From the NCBI GenBank assembly GCA_963667285.1, contig OY763326.1, forward strand, positions 4,847,546-4,911,545: a stretch of DNA of 64,000 nucleotides. Reading direction: 5' to 3'. A model generated the notes under the pieces. That model was not told the origin of the DNA. It did not search any database and saw only the letters and a list, made by a program, of their open reading frames with translations. Positions 10,547 to 20,748 of the stretch are shown here, piece by piece. The position numbers were made by a program, and so were the translations under genes. This DNA comes from Alphaproteobacteria bacterium. Lineage in GTDB: Bacteria > Pseudomonadota > Alphaproteobacteria > MPNO01. Numbering within the stretch: position 1 is the stretch's first letter; each line of letters begins with the position of its first letter.

Positions 10547-10623
10547 GGGCCCGTAGTTCAGCTGGTTAGAACGCGCCGCTCATAACGGCGTTGTCGCAGG
10601 TTCAAGTCCTGCCGGGCCCACCA
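10547..10623 (+). tRNA. tRNA with CAT anticodon, most likely tRNA-Ile2 (lysidine)
   Basis: 77-nt cloverleaf GGGCCCG...CGGGCCC-A-CCA, anticodon loop CTCATAA (CAT at 10581-10583), GGTTCAAGTCC T-arm. The acceptor stem is fully paired, so it is not initiator Met; the sequence resembles alphaproteobacterial Ile2. Confidence 0.93.
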
Positions 10624-10702
10624 TCCTCCGGCCCGGTCCATCGACGACAGGCTCCGGCGCTGCGGCGGCCTCGCCCGATTCGCGGACGACCGCCGCATCT
10701 GC

Positions 10703-11797
10703 CTAGTTGACCGGGTAGGCGACCGGGTATTCGTGGCCTGTCTCCTCGTTGTACTTGATGAAGGCGCGCATGATGGCCGGCATGTCGATGGACTTCTTGG
10801 CCTTGACCGCCTGGGCGCGCTCGTTGGGCCAGGCCTTGAGGCGCTCGGCCCAGGCCTTCTTGGCTTCCGGCGTGATCTGCTTGATCTGGACGCCGGCCTC
10901 CCTGAGCTTCTCGATGCCCCAGTCGTGGTCGTTGTGCGAGCTGGCCATCGAGTGGGTCTCGTACTCGCGCGCCACCTCGTCGATGATTCTCAGAACCGCT
11001 TGCGGCAGCTTCTTGCGCGCGTTCAGGTTCATGTTGAGCGAGATCTGCACCACCGCGCCGAAATCGGCCGTCGTGTAGTAGCCGCCGCCGGTCGCCTCGT
11101 GCAGCTTGAGCTTGACGATGGTGTCGGGGAACAGCGTGATGCCCTCGCCGACGCCGGTCTGGAGCTGCTGCGCGGCCTTGGGGATCGTGGTGCGCACCGG
11201 GATGCCGCCCTTTACCCAGGGCATGTTGGGGCCTGCGGCGAGGATCTTGTGGCCCTTGAGGTCCTCGAACCGGTCCCAGTCGAACCGGGTCAGGAGGCCG
11301 TAATTGTTGAAGCCCGACAGCGCGATGAGCGTCTGGTTGTAGCGCCCCTCGTAGTCCTGGTTGATCGCCGGGAAGTCCTCGACGACGCGGCGGAAGATCT
11401 TCACCGCCACGTTGGAGTTGGGATGCGAGAACGGCACGAAGTAGCCGAGATTCATCGCCATCGCCTTGTCGTCGTCGAAACAGACGCAGAAGCCGCCGAT
11501 GTCGAGTCGGCCGTCCTGGATGCCTTCCAGAGTGTCGAACACGTTGACGACGGTTGCCGAATAGTGCTCGCGGAAGCGGATCTTGTACTCGGTCTCCTTC
11601 TCGACCCGCGCCTTGACCCGGGGCGCGAAGTACTTGGACATCTCCTTGACATAGGTGATGAACGGCGGATGGCCGGAGCCCATCCGCAGCGTGATCCGGT
11701 CGCCCTTGATCGAGACCGCGTCGGCGGCCCCGCTCGCCATGACCAGCCCCAGGGCGCCTGCGCAAAGCGCCGTGGTCCGTCGAATCGTCCTGTTCAC
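10703..11797 (-). CDS. dctP: TRAP substrate-binding protein (DctP family)
   Basis: Signal peptide from GTG 11797, LEGIQDGRLDIG, LQTGVGEG. Follows dctQM. Confidence 0.88.
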   Translation of the reverse strand: MNRTIRRTTALCAGALGLVMASGAADAVSIKGDRITLRMGSGHPPFITYVKEMSKYFAPRVKARVEKETEYKIRFREHYSATVVNVFDTLEGIQDGRLDIGGFCVCFDDDKAMAMNLGYFVPFSHPNSNVAVKIFRRVVEDFPAINQDYEGRYNQTLIALSGFNNYGLLTRFDWDRFEDLKGHKILAAGPNMPWVKGGIPVRTTIPKAAQQLQTGVGEGITLFPDTIVKLKLHEATGGGYYTTADFGAVVQISLNMNLNARKKLPQAVLRIIDEVAREYETHSMASSHNDHDWGIEKLREAGVQIKQITPEAKKAWAERLKAWPNERAQAVKAKKSIDMPAIMRAFIKYNEETGHEYPVAYPVN

Positions 11798-11900
11798 GAG
11801 AGCATCTCCCTGCCTGTTGGGTTGCCGCACCGACACGCGCCTGCCTGGGCGCGGATTCTACGGCCCGCGGCGGCGCTTGAACAGGCGGACGGGCAACCGC

Positions 11901-13235
11901 TCAGATCATCTGCGACGGCAGCCAGGTCGCGATCCCGGGGAAGATCCAGATCAGCAGCATCACCAGCAGCATCAGGATCCAGTAGGGGACCGATCCCCGA
12001 AAGATCTCGGACAGCCGCACCGTCCGGTCTTCGACGGAGCCCTTCACGGTATAGACCAGCAGCCCGAACGGCGGCGTCAGCAGACCCGCCTCGATCACCA
12101 GGATGCCGAAGATCCCGAACGCGATCGGATCGAAGAACGGCTCGGTCAGCGGCGCGAAGATCGGCACGGTGATCAGGATGATCGAGATCGAATCGAGGAT
12201 CATGCCGAGCAGGAGCCAGATGACGATGATCACGGCGACGATGCCGATGGGCCCGAGGCTGTAGGTCTCGAAGGAATCGCGGATCAGCTCCGACATGCCA
12301 GCCGCTTCCATGAACTTGGCGTACATGTTGGCGGTCAGCAGCAGAAACATGATCGGCGCGGCCGTGCGCCCGGAATCGACCACCGCACGCCCCAGATCGC
12401 CCGGCCGCATGCCCTTGAGAATGCCGAGCACCAAAGCGCCCGCGGCGCCGACGCCGCCGGCTTCGGTCGGCGTGAACAGCCCGCCCCAGATGCCGCCCAG
12501 GACCAGGAGAATCAGCGCGCCGATGCCCAATCCGCTGGCGACCTCGGACCACGACAAGGGTTCCTCGCGTTCGCGGTAGCTCGGCGCCATCTCCGGCCTG
12601 ACGCGCGCCGTCACGCCGATATACACCATGAACAGGCAGGCCAGGATCAGCCCGGGAATCGCGCCGGCGATGAACAGCTGGGCGATCGATTTCTCGGCGA
12701 TGATGCCCCAGACGATCAACAGCACGCTGGGCGGGATGATCATGCCGAGACAAGCCGAACCGGCGACCGAGCCGAGCGCGAAGCTGCGGTTGTAGCCGTG
12801 GCGGAGCATCTGGGGATAGGCGATGCGGCTGAACGCGGCCGCGGCGGCGATCGAGACGCCGGTCACGGCGGCAAATACCGCGTTGCCGGCGACGGTTGCC
12901 ACCGCGAGCCGGCCGGGGATCAGCCGGAGGCTGCGGTTGATCAGGTTGTAGAGATCCCGGGCGGCGCCCGACTTGTTGACGAAGTCGCCGAGCAGCATGA
13001 AGAGTGGGATCGCCGCGAACACTTCCGATCTCAGGTATTCGTAGGCGACGCTCCCCGCGCCCTTGAGCGCGATGTCCATGCCGATCGCCCAGTCGCCGTC
13101 GATCCCGCCGAACAGAATCACGTTGCCGAGGAAGGCGGTCATGCCGAAGGCGAAGCCGATGTGGATGCCGACCAGGATCCCGATCAGCATCACGCCGAAC
13201 ATCAGCAACAGGACGGTTTCCTGCTCAAGCTCCAT
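11901..13235 (-). CDS. dctM: TRAP transporter large permease
   Basis: AIPLFMLLG, LGMIIPPS, FTPTEAG, LTPPFG. Confidence 0.93.
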   Translation of the reverse strand: MELEQETVLLLMFGVMLIGILVGIHIGFAFGMTAFLGNVILFGGIDGDWAIGMDIALKGAGSVAYEYLRSEVFAAIPLFMLLGDFVNKSGAARDLYNLINRSLRLIPGRLAVATVAGNAVFAAVTGVSIAAAAAFSRIAYPQMLRHGYNRSFALGSVAGSACLGMIIPPSVLLIVWGIIAEKSIAQLFIAGAIPGLILACLFMVYIGVTARVRPEMAPSYREREEPLSWSEVASGLGIGALILLVLGGIWGGLFTPTEAGGVGAAGALVLGILKGMRPGDLGRAVVDSGRTAAPIMFLLLTANMYAKFMEAAGMSELIRDSFETYSLGPIGIVAVIIVIWLLLGMILDSISIILITVPIFAPLTEPFFDPIAFGIFGILVIEAGLLTPPFGLLVYTVKGSVEDRTVRLSEIFRGSVPYWILMLLVMLLIWIFPGIATWLPSQMI

Positions 13236-13746
13236 CGGATGCCCCCCGGCCGACGAAGTCGCGCGGCCGGCCCAGCGCCTTGGCGGTCAGCAATGCGCAC
13301 ACCGCCACGCCCACGACGCTCACCAGCACCACCAGCGTGCGGACCGGATAGACCGGGATCCGGAGGATGCCCGATCCCTCCTGCTCGCCGATCGCCCAGG
13401 CCTCGATCATGTTGGGCCAGCTGCCGACGGCGATGACCAGGAACAGCCCGCCCGCCAGGATGTAGGACGCCGCCTCGATCAGCGCTTTGCCCCGCAGGCT
13501 CGCATGGTCGTAGAGGATCGTGGTCCGCAACGAGCTGCGCGTCAGGATCGCCAGCGGCAGCTGCAGGAGCAGGATCGCCAGCACCGAGTTGGAGACGATC
13601 TCGTTCGTGCCCGGAAACGGCGCGTGGAACGCCTCCCGTCCGATCACGTCATAGAGGATCAGCAGCGCAATCGAGCCCAGCCAGACGGCGGACAGGATGT
13701 TGAGCCCCCTGGCGAACGCGCCGACGACCCGTTCGGTCCATTCCAT
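13225..13746 (-). CDS. dctQ: TRAP transporter small permease
   Basis: Four TM segments, YDVIGR...GTNEI, overlaps the dctM start. Confidence 0.88.
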   Translation of the reverse strand: MEWTERVVGAFARGLNILSAVWLGSIALLILYDVIGREAFHAPFPGTNEIVSNSVLAILLLQLPLAILTRSSLRTTILYDHASLRGKALIEAASYILAGGLFLVIAVGSWPNMIEAWAIGEQEGSGILRIPVYPVRTLVVLVSVVGVAVCALLTAKALGRPRDFVGRGASDGA

Positions 13747-13849
13747 GCGACGCCGTCCCCGTCCAGCTCAACCCCTGCAGCCGGCCGAGCGGCCGCATCC
13801 CTTGCGGCGCAAACCTTGCACGCGCAATAGCCCCGCGCAACGCCGTGGC

Positions 13850-14079
13850 CGAGCGCAGCAGGACCGCCGCCGGCTTGCCGCTGTCCGTGCGATAGACGTG
13901 GACCGGCAGGAACAGCGACAGCTGCTGGTGGCCGTGAACCCGGTCGCAGGTGTCGTCGATGTCGAGCGTGATCGCCGCCGGCGGGGCGGGGCGAATGGTC
14001 GATCCCCGGCAATGCGACAGGGGAACAAGCCCCGCCGCCGTGTTGACCGCCGGGCGCCGCAATCCCTATAAGACACGGG
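13850..14079 (-). pseudogene. IS1380-family transposase remnant (different subgroup from 3234-4105)
   Basis: PPAAITLDIDDTCDRVHGHQQLSLF/LPVHVYRTDSGKPAAVLLR matches the first-D region of IS1380 transposases, with an internal deletion. A possible left-end relic lies near 14079. Confidence 0.72.
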
Positions 14080-14146
14080 ATCCTTGCCCGCCGCACCGCT
14101 GCGTTGGGCGCGCGCGCGGATCGCCATCGACATTCGGGGCAAGGCC

Positions 14147-16255
14147 ATGATCCGAGGTCCGGACAGCGGACGGGGCGGCATCCAGGTCGGCGTCGACATC
14201 GGGGGCACGTTTACCGATATCGTCTTGTGCCGCTCCGACGGCCGCCTTCACGTGAAGAAGGTTTCTTCGACGCCGAGCGATCCATCTCAAGCGGTGATCG
14301 CCGGGCTGGGCGAGGTGCTGGCGGAAAACGGTCTCGATCCCGCCGGGGTCGACACCGTCGTGCACGGTACCACTGTCGGCTCGAACTGCATCCTGGAACG
14401 GACCGGCGCCCGCACCGGCCTGCTGACCACAAAGGGATTCCGCGACGTTCTGGAAATCGGACGTATCCGCACGCCGGACATGTTCGACCTGGAGTGGGAC
14501 AAGCCCCGGCCACTGGTTCGGCGCCGCCTGCGGCTGGAGGCGGACGAGCGCATCGCTGCCGACGGCAGCGTCGTCCGGCCGCTCGACGAGGATTCGGTGC
14601 GGTCCGCGGCCGAGGTCTTCAAGGCCGAAGGCGTCGAGTCGGTGGCCGTGTGCTTTCTCAACAGCTATCGCAACCCGGCTCACGAACAGTCGGCAGCGTC
14701 GCTGCTGCGGCGGATCTGCGCGGACATGAACGTCACCGCCTCCTGCGCCGTGCTGCCGGAGATGAAGGAGTACGAGCGCACCAGCACGACGGTGGTCAAC
14801 GCTTTCATCCAACCGGTCATGCGCCGCTACATCCGCCGTCTCGAGGCGGGGCTCCGGGACATGGGCGTCACGGCTCCGTTGCTGGTCGTGGCCTCCAATG
14901 GCGGGATCCTCAGCGCCGGGGCCATGGCCGAACGGCCGGTATTCGCGGTTGGCTCGGGGCCGGCTGCCGGTGTTGCGGGAGCGGCGCGCCTGGGCAAGGC
15001 GCTGGGCGAGGAGGATCTGATCGTCTTCGACATGGGGGGCACGACGGCAAAGGCATCGCTGGTCGAAGCCGGGCACCTCACCCTTACCTCCGAGTACGAG
15101 TTCCGCGATGGCATCACCACGCCGAGCCGCTTCATCAAGGCCGGCGGCTACATGCTGAAAGTGCCGGCCATCGACATCGCCGAGGTCGGGGCGGGGGCCG
15201 GATCGATCGCCTGGCTCGACGCCGGAGGTCTGATCAACGTGGGACCCCGCTCCGCGGGGGCGGAGCCCGGCCCCGCCTGCTACGGGCTCGGGGGGGACAA
15301 GCCGACGGTCACTGACGCCAATGTGGCGCTCGGATACCTCAACCCGGAGTCGCTCGCCGGCGGCAGGCTGAAGATCGACGCTTCGCTGGCCGAGGCCGCC
15401 ATCTCCGGCACGCTGGGCGCCCTCGGCCTGGGCCTGACGCAGGCCGCATACGGAATCCGCCGGGTGGCCAACGCCAACATGGCGCGCGCCATCCGGGCGG
15501 TCAGCATCGAACGGGGCCGGGATCCCAGGCGGTTCACCATGATCGCGTTCGGCGGCAGCGGGCCTGTGCATGCCGTCGACCTGGCCCGCGCGCTGGAGGT
15601 CCGGCGGGTCCTGATCCCGATCCTGCCCGGCGTCTTCACCGCCGCGGGAATGCTGGCCAGCGACGTCGAGCATCACTTCGTGCAAAGCTTCTCCGGACGG
15701 ATGGACGAGCTGGACGTCACCGGTGCCAACGAGGTTCTCGCCAGCCTGGCCCGATCCGGCGTCAAGGCCCTGGAATCCGATGGCTACGGGCCGGAAGAAC
15801 GGGACATCTCCTATTTGGCCGACCTCCGATTTCTCGGTCAGGGTTCGGAGCTGACGACGCCGGTCGAAGCGGCGCAGATCGACGGGTCGGGGCTGTCCGT
15901 GTTGCGGCAGGCGTTTCTGGACGAGTATGCTCGCACCTACGGGCATCAGGCCGAGGATCCCATCGAGATGGTTAACCTGCGGGTTGTCGCGACGGGCCGG
16001 CGCCCCAACCGGCTGCGATTCGAGGCGGTGACCGGCGCGACCGGGGCGCAGGACATGGAACGGTCCCGGAGGCCGGTATTCGACGGCGAGGCACAGGCGT
16101 TCCGTGACACCGAAGTGCTGCCCCGTTCGGCCTTGCTGGAGAGCAGCCTGGACGGTCCCGTCATCATCGAGTCCTACGATTCGACTGTTGTCGTGCCGGC
16201 CGGCTGCCGGGTCGAGGGCGACGCCGCCGGCAACATGCTGATCGAGGTCGGGTAA
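14147..16255 (+). CDS. Hydantoinase A/oxoprolinase-family ATP-dependent subunit
   Basis: GVDIGGTFTD, VHGTT, EYERTSTT, SGPAAG, DMGGTT, GPRSAGAEPGPACY, FGGSGPVH. Confidence 0.93.
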   Translation: MIRGPDSGRGGIQVGVDIGGTFTDIVLCRSDGRLHVKKVSSTPSDPSQAVIAGLGEVLAENGLDPAGVDTVVHGTTVGSNCILERTGARTGLLTTKGFRDVLEIGRIRTPDMFDLEWDKPRPLVRRRLRLEADERIAADGSVVRPLDEDSVRSAAEVFKAEGVESVAVCFLNSYRNPAHEQSAASLLRRICADMNVTASCAVLPEMKEYERTSTTVVNAFIQPVMRRYIRRLEAGLRDMGVTAPLLVVASNGGILSAGAMAERPVFAVGSGPAAGVAGAARLGKALGEEDLIVFDMGGTTAKASLVEAGHLTLTSEYEFRDGITTPSRFIKAGGYMLKVPAIDIAEVGAGAGSIAWLDAGGLINVGPRSAGAEPGPACYGLGGDKPTVTDANVALGYLNPESLAGGRLKIDASLAEAAISGTLGALGLGLTQAAYGIRRVANANMARAIRAVSIERGRDPRRFTMIAFGGSGPVHAVDLARALEVRRVLIPILPGVFTAAGMLASDVEHHFVQSFSGRMDELDVTGANEVLASLARSGVKALESDGYGPEERDISYLADLRFLGQGSELTTPVEAAQIDGSGLSVLRQAFLDEYARTYGHQAEDPIEMVNLRVVATGRRPNRLRFEAVTGATGAQDMERSRRPVFDGEAQAFRDTEVLPRSALLESSLDGPVIIESYDSTVVVPAGCRVEGDAAGNMLIEVG

Positions 16256-16260
16256 GGCGA

Positions 16261-18024
16261 ATGGCGCAGGCCGCCGCCATTCAGGACGCCGTTCGCGGGG
16301 ACATCGACCCGATCACCTTCGCGGTGATCAAGAGCGCCCTGGATTCGATTGTCGACGAGATGGCCTACACGGTGGTTCGCACCGCGCGGTCGGAGATCGT
16401 CAAGGACGTGATGGATTTCTCCGCCGCCCTGTGCGCCGCCGACGGACAGATGGTGGCGCAGGCCAAGACCATCGCGCTGCATCTCGGCGCCGTCCCGGTC
16501 GCCATGGACCACGTGCTCGCGAAGTTCGGCGACGATCTCAACCCCGGCGACATGGTGATCATGAACGACCCCTATGTCGGCGGCATGCACCTGCCCGACA
16601 TCTTCATGTTCATGCCCATCTTCCACGGCGGCAGGCGCCAGGCGATCGCCGTGGTGATCGCCCACCACACCGACGTGGGGGGCCGCGTTCCCGGGTCCAA
16701 CGCCAGCGACTCGACCGAGATCTTCCAGGAAGGCCTGCGCCTGCCGCCCGTGAAGCTCTACGAGGCCGGCATCCCCAACCGGACCCTGTTCGACATCATC
16801 GCCCAGAACGTACGGGTGCCCGACCGGGTGATCGGCGATCTCGGCGCCCAGAGCGCCGCCTGCACGGTGGGTGAGCGGGAATTCCTCAAGCTGGTCGCCC
16901 GCTACGGCGCCGGTCCCGTCCAGGGGTACATGCAGGGGCTGATCGACTATGCCGAGCGCATGACCCGCGAAGAAATCCGCGCCTGGCCGGACGGCACCTA
17001 CGTCTTCACCGACCACATCGACGATGACGGCTTCAGCGACGATCCCATCCCGATCAAGGCGACCGTGACGGTCGACGGCGACCACGTCACCGTGGACTAT
17101 GACGGCAGCGCGCCGCAGGTCCGCGGCGCCATCAACTCGACCCTGTCCTACACCGCCTCCTGCACCTATCTGAGCGTCCGCTGCCTGCTGCGGGGAGACA
17201 TCCCCAACAACGCGGGCGTGTTCCGCTGCGTCACCGTCAGGGCGCCGGAACGGTCGGTCCTCAACCCCGCCCATCCGGGCGCCTGCGCCGCCCGGGCGCT
17301 GACCGGCTACCGGATCGTGGACACGATGTTCGGGGCGCTCGCCCGAGCCGTGCCCGACCGGGTGCCGGCCGGGGGCGAGGGCGGCAACACGGTGGTGTGC
17401 CTCGGCGGATACCGCGAGGACCGCTCGCCCTTCATCATCGTCGACATGCTGTGCGGCGCTTGGGGCGGCCGCCCGGGCAAGGACGGGATCGAGGCGGTCA
17501 CCAACCCGTCGCAGAACCTGTCGAACACGCCCGTCGAGGTGCTCGAGGCCCAGCATCCCGTGCGCATCGAGTCCTACGGCTTCGTCGCCGACAGCTGCGG
17601 CGCCGGCAAGCATCGCGGCGGCCTCGGCATCGCGCGGGAGTACCGCCTGCTCGCCGACGAGGCGACGCTGCAGCTGCGCTCGGACCGCATGAAGTTCCGC
17701 CCCTACGGCCTCGCCGGCGGCCTTCCGGCCCAAGCGACCCGCAACATTCTCAACCCGGGGGACGGCGAGAGGGAGATGCCCAGCAAGTTCGCCCGAACCC
17801 TGACGAAGGGAGAAGTCATCTATCACCGCCAGGCCGGCGGCGGCGGTTTCGGCAACCCCTTCGAGCGCGACCCCCCGCAGGTGCGGGAGGACGTGCTCGA
17901 CGGTAAGATCACGGTCGATTTCGCCCGGCGCGCGCATGGCGTCGCCATCGACCCGAAGACCCTGGCGGTCGACGCGGAGGCGACGCGGTGCCTGCGGGAC
18001 GCCGCCAACCGATCGTGCAAATAG
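16261..18024 (+). CDS. Hydantoinase B/oxoprolinase-family subunit
   Basis: DPITFAVI, NDPYVGGMHLPD, HHTDVGG, NTPVEVLE, GAGKHRGG, GGGGFGNP. Confidence 0.93.
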   Translation: MAQAAAIQDAVRGDIDPITFAVIKSALDSIVDEMAYTVVRTARSEIVKDVMDFSAALCAADGQMVAQAKTIALHLGAVPVAMDHVLAKFGDDLNPGDMVIMNDPYVGGMHLPDIFMFMPIFHGGRRQAIAVVIAHHTDVGGRVPGSNASDSTEIFQEGLRLPPVKLYEAGIPNRTLFDIIAQNVRVPDRVIGDLGAQSAACTVGEREFLKLVARYGAGPVQGYMQGLIDYAERMTREEIRAWPDGTYVFTDHIDDDGFSDDPIPIKATVTVDGDHVTVDYDGSAPQVRGAINSTLSYTASCTYLSVRCLLRGDIPNNAGVFRCVTVRAPERSVLNPAHPGACAARALTGYRIVDTMFGALARAVPDRVPAGGEGGNTVVCLGGYREDRSPFIIVDMLCGAWGGRPGKDGIEAVTNPSQNLSNTPVEVLEAQHPVRIESYGFVADSCGAGKHRGGLGIAREYRLLADEATLQLRSDRMKFRPYGLAGGLPAQATRNILNPGDGEREMPSKFARTLTKGEVIYHRQAGGGGFGNPFERDPPQVREDVLDGKITVDFARRAHGVAIDPKTLAVDAEATRCLRDAANRSCK

Positions 18025-18045
18025 CAGACAAGGGAGGAAGCAAGA

Positions 18046-19053
18046 ATGAGTGCCACGACCAGACGTTTCGCTCTCGCCGCCGCCGGCGGCGCACTGCTTG
18101 GCGTTTTCGCCGCCTCCGCCGTCCAGGCGGCCGATCCCAAGCTTTCGGTCCGCGTCGACTGGACGCCCTGGGGAATGCATGCCGGCCTCCATCTGGCCAA
18201 GCAGAAGGGCTGGTTCAAGGAGGCCGGGGTCGACGTGGAGATCTCCGACGGCAAGGGCTCTTCGCTGCTCATGCAACAGGTGGCGGCCGGTGACGTCGAC
18301 GTGGGCTGGGCCCAGATCGGAACCATGATGGTTGCCGCCTGCAAGGGCCTGCCGGTCAAGGCGGTCGCCGTGCTGGCGCGCGCCGGCGATCTGGGCTTCA
18401 TGGCGGACAAGTCCAAGTACAAGTCGCTCGCCGACCTCAAGGGGCAGAAGCTGGCCTATGCCGCGACCAGCGGCGCCGGTCCCTTCCTGGACACCTTCCT
18501 GAAGGCGGCGGGAGTGTCGAAGCGGGACTTCAAGGTGGTCAACGTCGACGCGTCGTCGCTGGTCAGCGTCTATACCTCGGGCGAGGCCGAGGCGTCGTTC
18601 TCCACGGTCGGCTTCTTCCTGCCCATCGTGTCCAAGAAGCGCCCCGCCTACGGCATCACCATGGCCAGTGTCGGGATCCACATCCCGAGCTACGGGCTGG
18701 TCAGCACCCAGAAGGTAATCGACGCGAAAGCCGAGGCGCTGAAGCGCTTCGTTCCGGTAGTCGGCAAGGCCTGGACCTACATCTTCGAATCGGATGCAAA
18801 TCTCGACGAGGCGATCGACGCCATCGCCAGCCAGCGTCCCAACGAGAAGCTGGACACGGCGGTGATGAAGGGTCAGGCCGCAATCTACAAGGAGCTGGGC
18901 CTGTTCAGCACGAAGCGCACCATGGACAAGACGTTCGGCTGGACCCATCCCGACGACATGGCCGACGCGCACAAGGTGCTGGAGGCGGTCGAGCTGTGCA
19001 AGCCGGGCAAGGCGACCGCCGACTTCTACACCAACCGGTTCGTCGGCGGCTGA
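18046..19053 (+). CDS. ABC substrate-binding protein, NitT/TauT (NMT1/THI5-like)
   Basis: Signal peptide, DWTPWGMHAG, KGWFKEAGVDV, DLKGQKL. Confidence 0.88.
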   Translation: MSATTRRFALAAAGGALLGVFAASAVQAADPKLSVRVDWTPWGMHAGLHLAKQKGWFKEAGVDVEISDGKGSSLLMQQVAAGDVDVGWAQIGTMMVAACKGLPVKAVAVLARAGDLGFMADKSKYKSLADLKGQKLAYAATSGAGPFLDTFLKAAGVSKRDFKVVNVDASSLVSVYTSGEAEASFSTVGFFLPIVSKKRPAYGITMASVGIHIPSYGLVSTQKVIDAKAEALKRFVPVVGKAWTYIFESDANLDEAIDAIASQRPNEKLDTAVMKGQAAIYKELGLFSTKRTMDKTFGWTHPDDMADAHKVLEAVELCKPGKATADFYTNRFVGG

Positions 19054-19073
19054 GCCGTCAGGGCGTCGACACC

Positions 19074-19098
19074 GGGGGCGGGCTCCGGTCCCGCCCCC
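19074..19098 (+). other. Intra-operon GC hairpin after the SBP gene
   Basis: GGGGGCGGG-CTCCGGT-CCCGCCCCC with no U-tract. Likely an mRNA-stabilising stem (inference). Confidence 0.55.
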
Positions 19099-19123
19099 CG
19101 GAGCGCCCGAAGAACGCCTGGCG

Positions 19124-19921
19124 ATGGGCAACGGCGCAATCCGCGACGCCTATGTCGAGGTCCGCGACCTGAAGAAGGTCTACGCCTCCACCAAGGGCGA
19201 CTTCACGGCGCTTCAGGGCGTCGATCTCGACATCCGGCAACGCGAGTTCTTGAGCGTGCTCGGACCGAGCGGCTGCGGCAAGAGCACGCTCCTGAAATGC
19301 GTTGCCGGGATCACCGGCATCAGCGGAGGCGCCATCCAGGTCCAGGGACAGCCGGTCGTCGAGCCGCCGGCGGGGATGGGCATCGTTTTCCAGCGGGACA
19401 TCCTGCTGGACTGGCGGAGCAACCTCGACAACGTCCTGCTGCCCATCGAGTTCCGCCGCCTGAACAAGGCCGAATATGTCGGCCACGCCATGGAGCTGTT
19501 CGCCCTGCTCGGGCTCCAGGGGTTCGAGCACCGGCATCCCTGGGAGCTTTCCGGCGGCATGCGGCAGCGGGTGGCGATCTGCCGTGCCCTGATCCAGGAT
19601 CCCGAGCTGCTGCTGATGGACGAGCCGTTCGGGGCGCTCGACGCCCTGACCCGGGACGAGCTCAACCTCGAGCTGCAGCGCATCTGGATGGCCGATGCCA
19701 AGACCGTGATGTTCATCACCCACAGCATCGTCGAATCCGTGTTCCTGTCCGACCGGGTGGCCGTGATGACCTTCACCCCCGGCCGCATCCTCGAAATGAT
19801 CGACATAGACCTGCCGCGCCCGCGCGATCTCGATGTCCGCGAGACCGCGGAATTCGGGCGCTACGTCACCCACATCCGCGACCTGTTCAAGCAGATGGGA
19901 CTCTTCAAGGCCTCCGAATGA
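19124..19921 (+). CDS. ABC ATP-binding protein, NitT/TauT family
   Basis: GPSGCGKS, LSGGMRQR, LLMDEPFGALD. Confidence 0.95.
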   Translation: MGNGAIRDAYVEVRDLKKVYASTKGDFTALQGVDLDIRQREFLSVLGPSGCGKSTLLKCVAGITGISGGAIQVQGQPVVEPPAGMGIVFQRDILLDWRSNLDNVLLPIEFRRLNKAEYVGHAMELFALLGLQGFEHRHPWELSGGMRQRVAICRALIQDPELLLMDEPFGALDALTRDELNLELQRIWMADAKTVMFITHSIVESVFLSDRVAVMTFTPGRILEMIDIDLPRPRDLDVRETAEFGRYVTHIRDLFKQMGLFKASE

Positions 19922-20730
19922 ACGCCCTGACGGCATTGCTGCGCGTCATGTCCGGATCGGGACGGGCGGGTTCGGCGTTTCGCGTCGTTGCCGGGTTCTT
20001 CCTCCTGTGGGAGGCGGGGTGCCGCGTCTTCGAGGCGCCCGTGTTCATCCTGCCGCCGCCATCGCTGGTCTTCTTGCGCTTCGCCGACGACCCGGCGCTG
20101 TTCGCCGAGCACACGGCCAACACGCTGTTCTACTGCCTGTTCGGCTTCGGCCTCGCCTTCGCGGCCGGCCTCGCGATCGCCGTCGGCATCGTCTATTCGA
20201 AGTTCCTCGAGAACACCCTCTTCACGCTGCTGGTGAGCCTCAACAGCATTCCCAAGATCACCCTGGCGCCGCTTTTCATCATCTGGATGGGGACCGGCTC
20301 GGCACCCAAGGTGGCGGTGTCGATGACGATCGCCCTGTGGGCCGTGGTGATCGACACGGTGCTCGGCCTGCGCTCGGTGGAACCGGACGTGCTGGACATG
20401 GCCCGTTCGATGCGTGCGTCGAAGCTTCAGGTGCTGTGGAAGATCCGCTTCCCGGCCGCCTTGCCTGCCATGTTCGCCGGAACCAAGGTGGCGATATCCA
20501 TGGCCCTGGTCGGCGTCATCGTCGGCGAGTTCGTGACCACCGACGTGGGCCTCGGCTTCGCCATCATGTCGGGACAGGGGAATTTCGACATCCCCATGGT
20601 CTATGTCTCGATCATCATCCTCGGCGTGCTGGGGACCTTGCTGTTCTACCTCGTCGACATGGTGGAACGCCTGGTCATCCCGTGGCACGTTTCCCAGCGG
20701 GCCGAGCCGGCCGGCCCGGGGAGCGCCTGA
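19918..20730 (+). CDS. ABC permease, NitT/TauT family
   Basis: ATGA overlap at 19918. ILPPPS, NSIPKITLAPL, EAA-like loop. Confidence 0.92.
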   Translation: MNALTALLRVMSGSGRAGSAFRVVAGFFLLWEAGCRVFEAPVFILPPPSLVFLRFADDPALFAEHTANTLFYCLFGFGLAFAAGLAIAVGIVYSKFLENTLFTLLVSLNSIPKITLAPLFIIWMGTGSAPKVAVSMTIALWAVVIDTVLGLRSVEPDVLDMARSMRASKLQVLWKIRFPAALPAMFAGTKVAISMALVGVIVGEFVTTDVGLGFAIMSGQGNFDIPMVYVSIIILGVLGTLLFYLVDMVERLVIPWHVSQRAEPAGPGSA

Positions 20731-20748
20731 CATGCCGGGCGCTGCGCC

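Noticed and set aside
10547-10623. Initiator tRNA-Met
   Set aside because: G1-C72 is paired and the anticodon stem lacks three consecutive G-C pairs. Elongator Met cannot be fully excluded.
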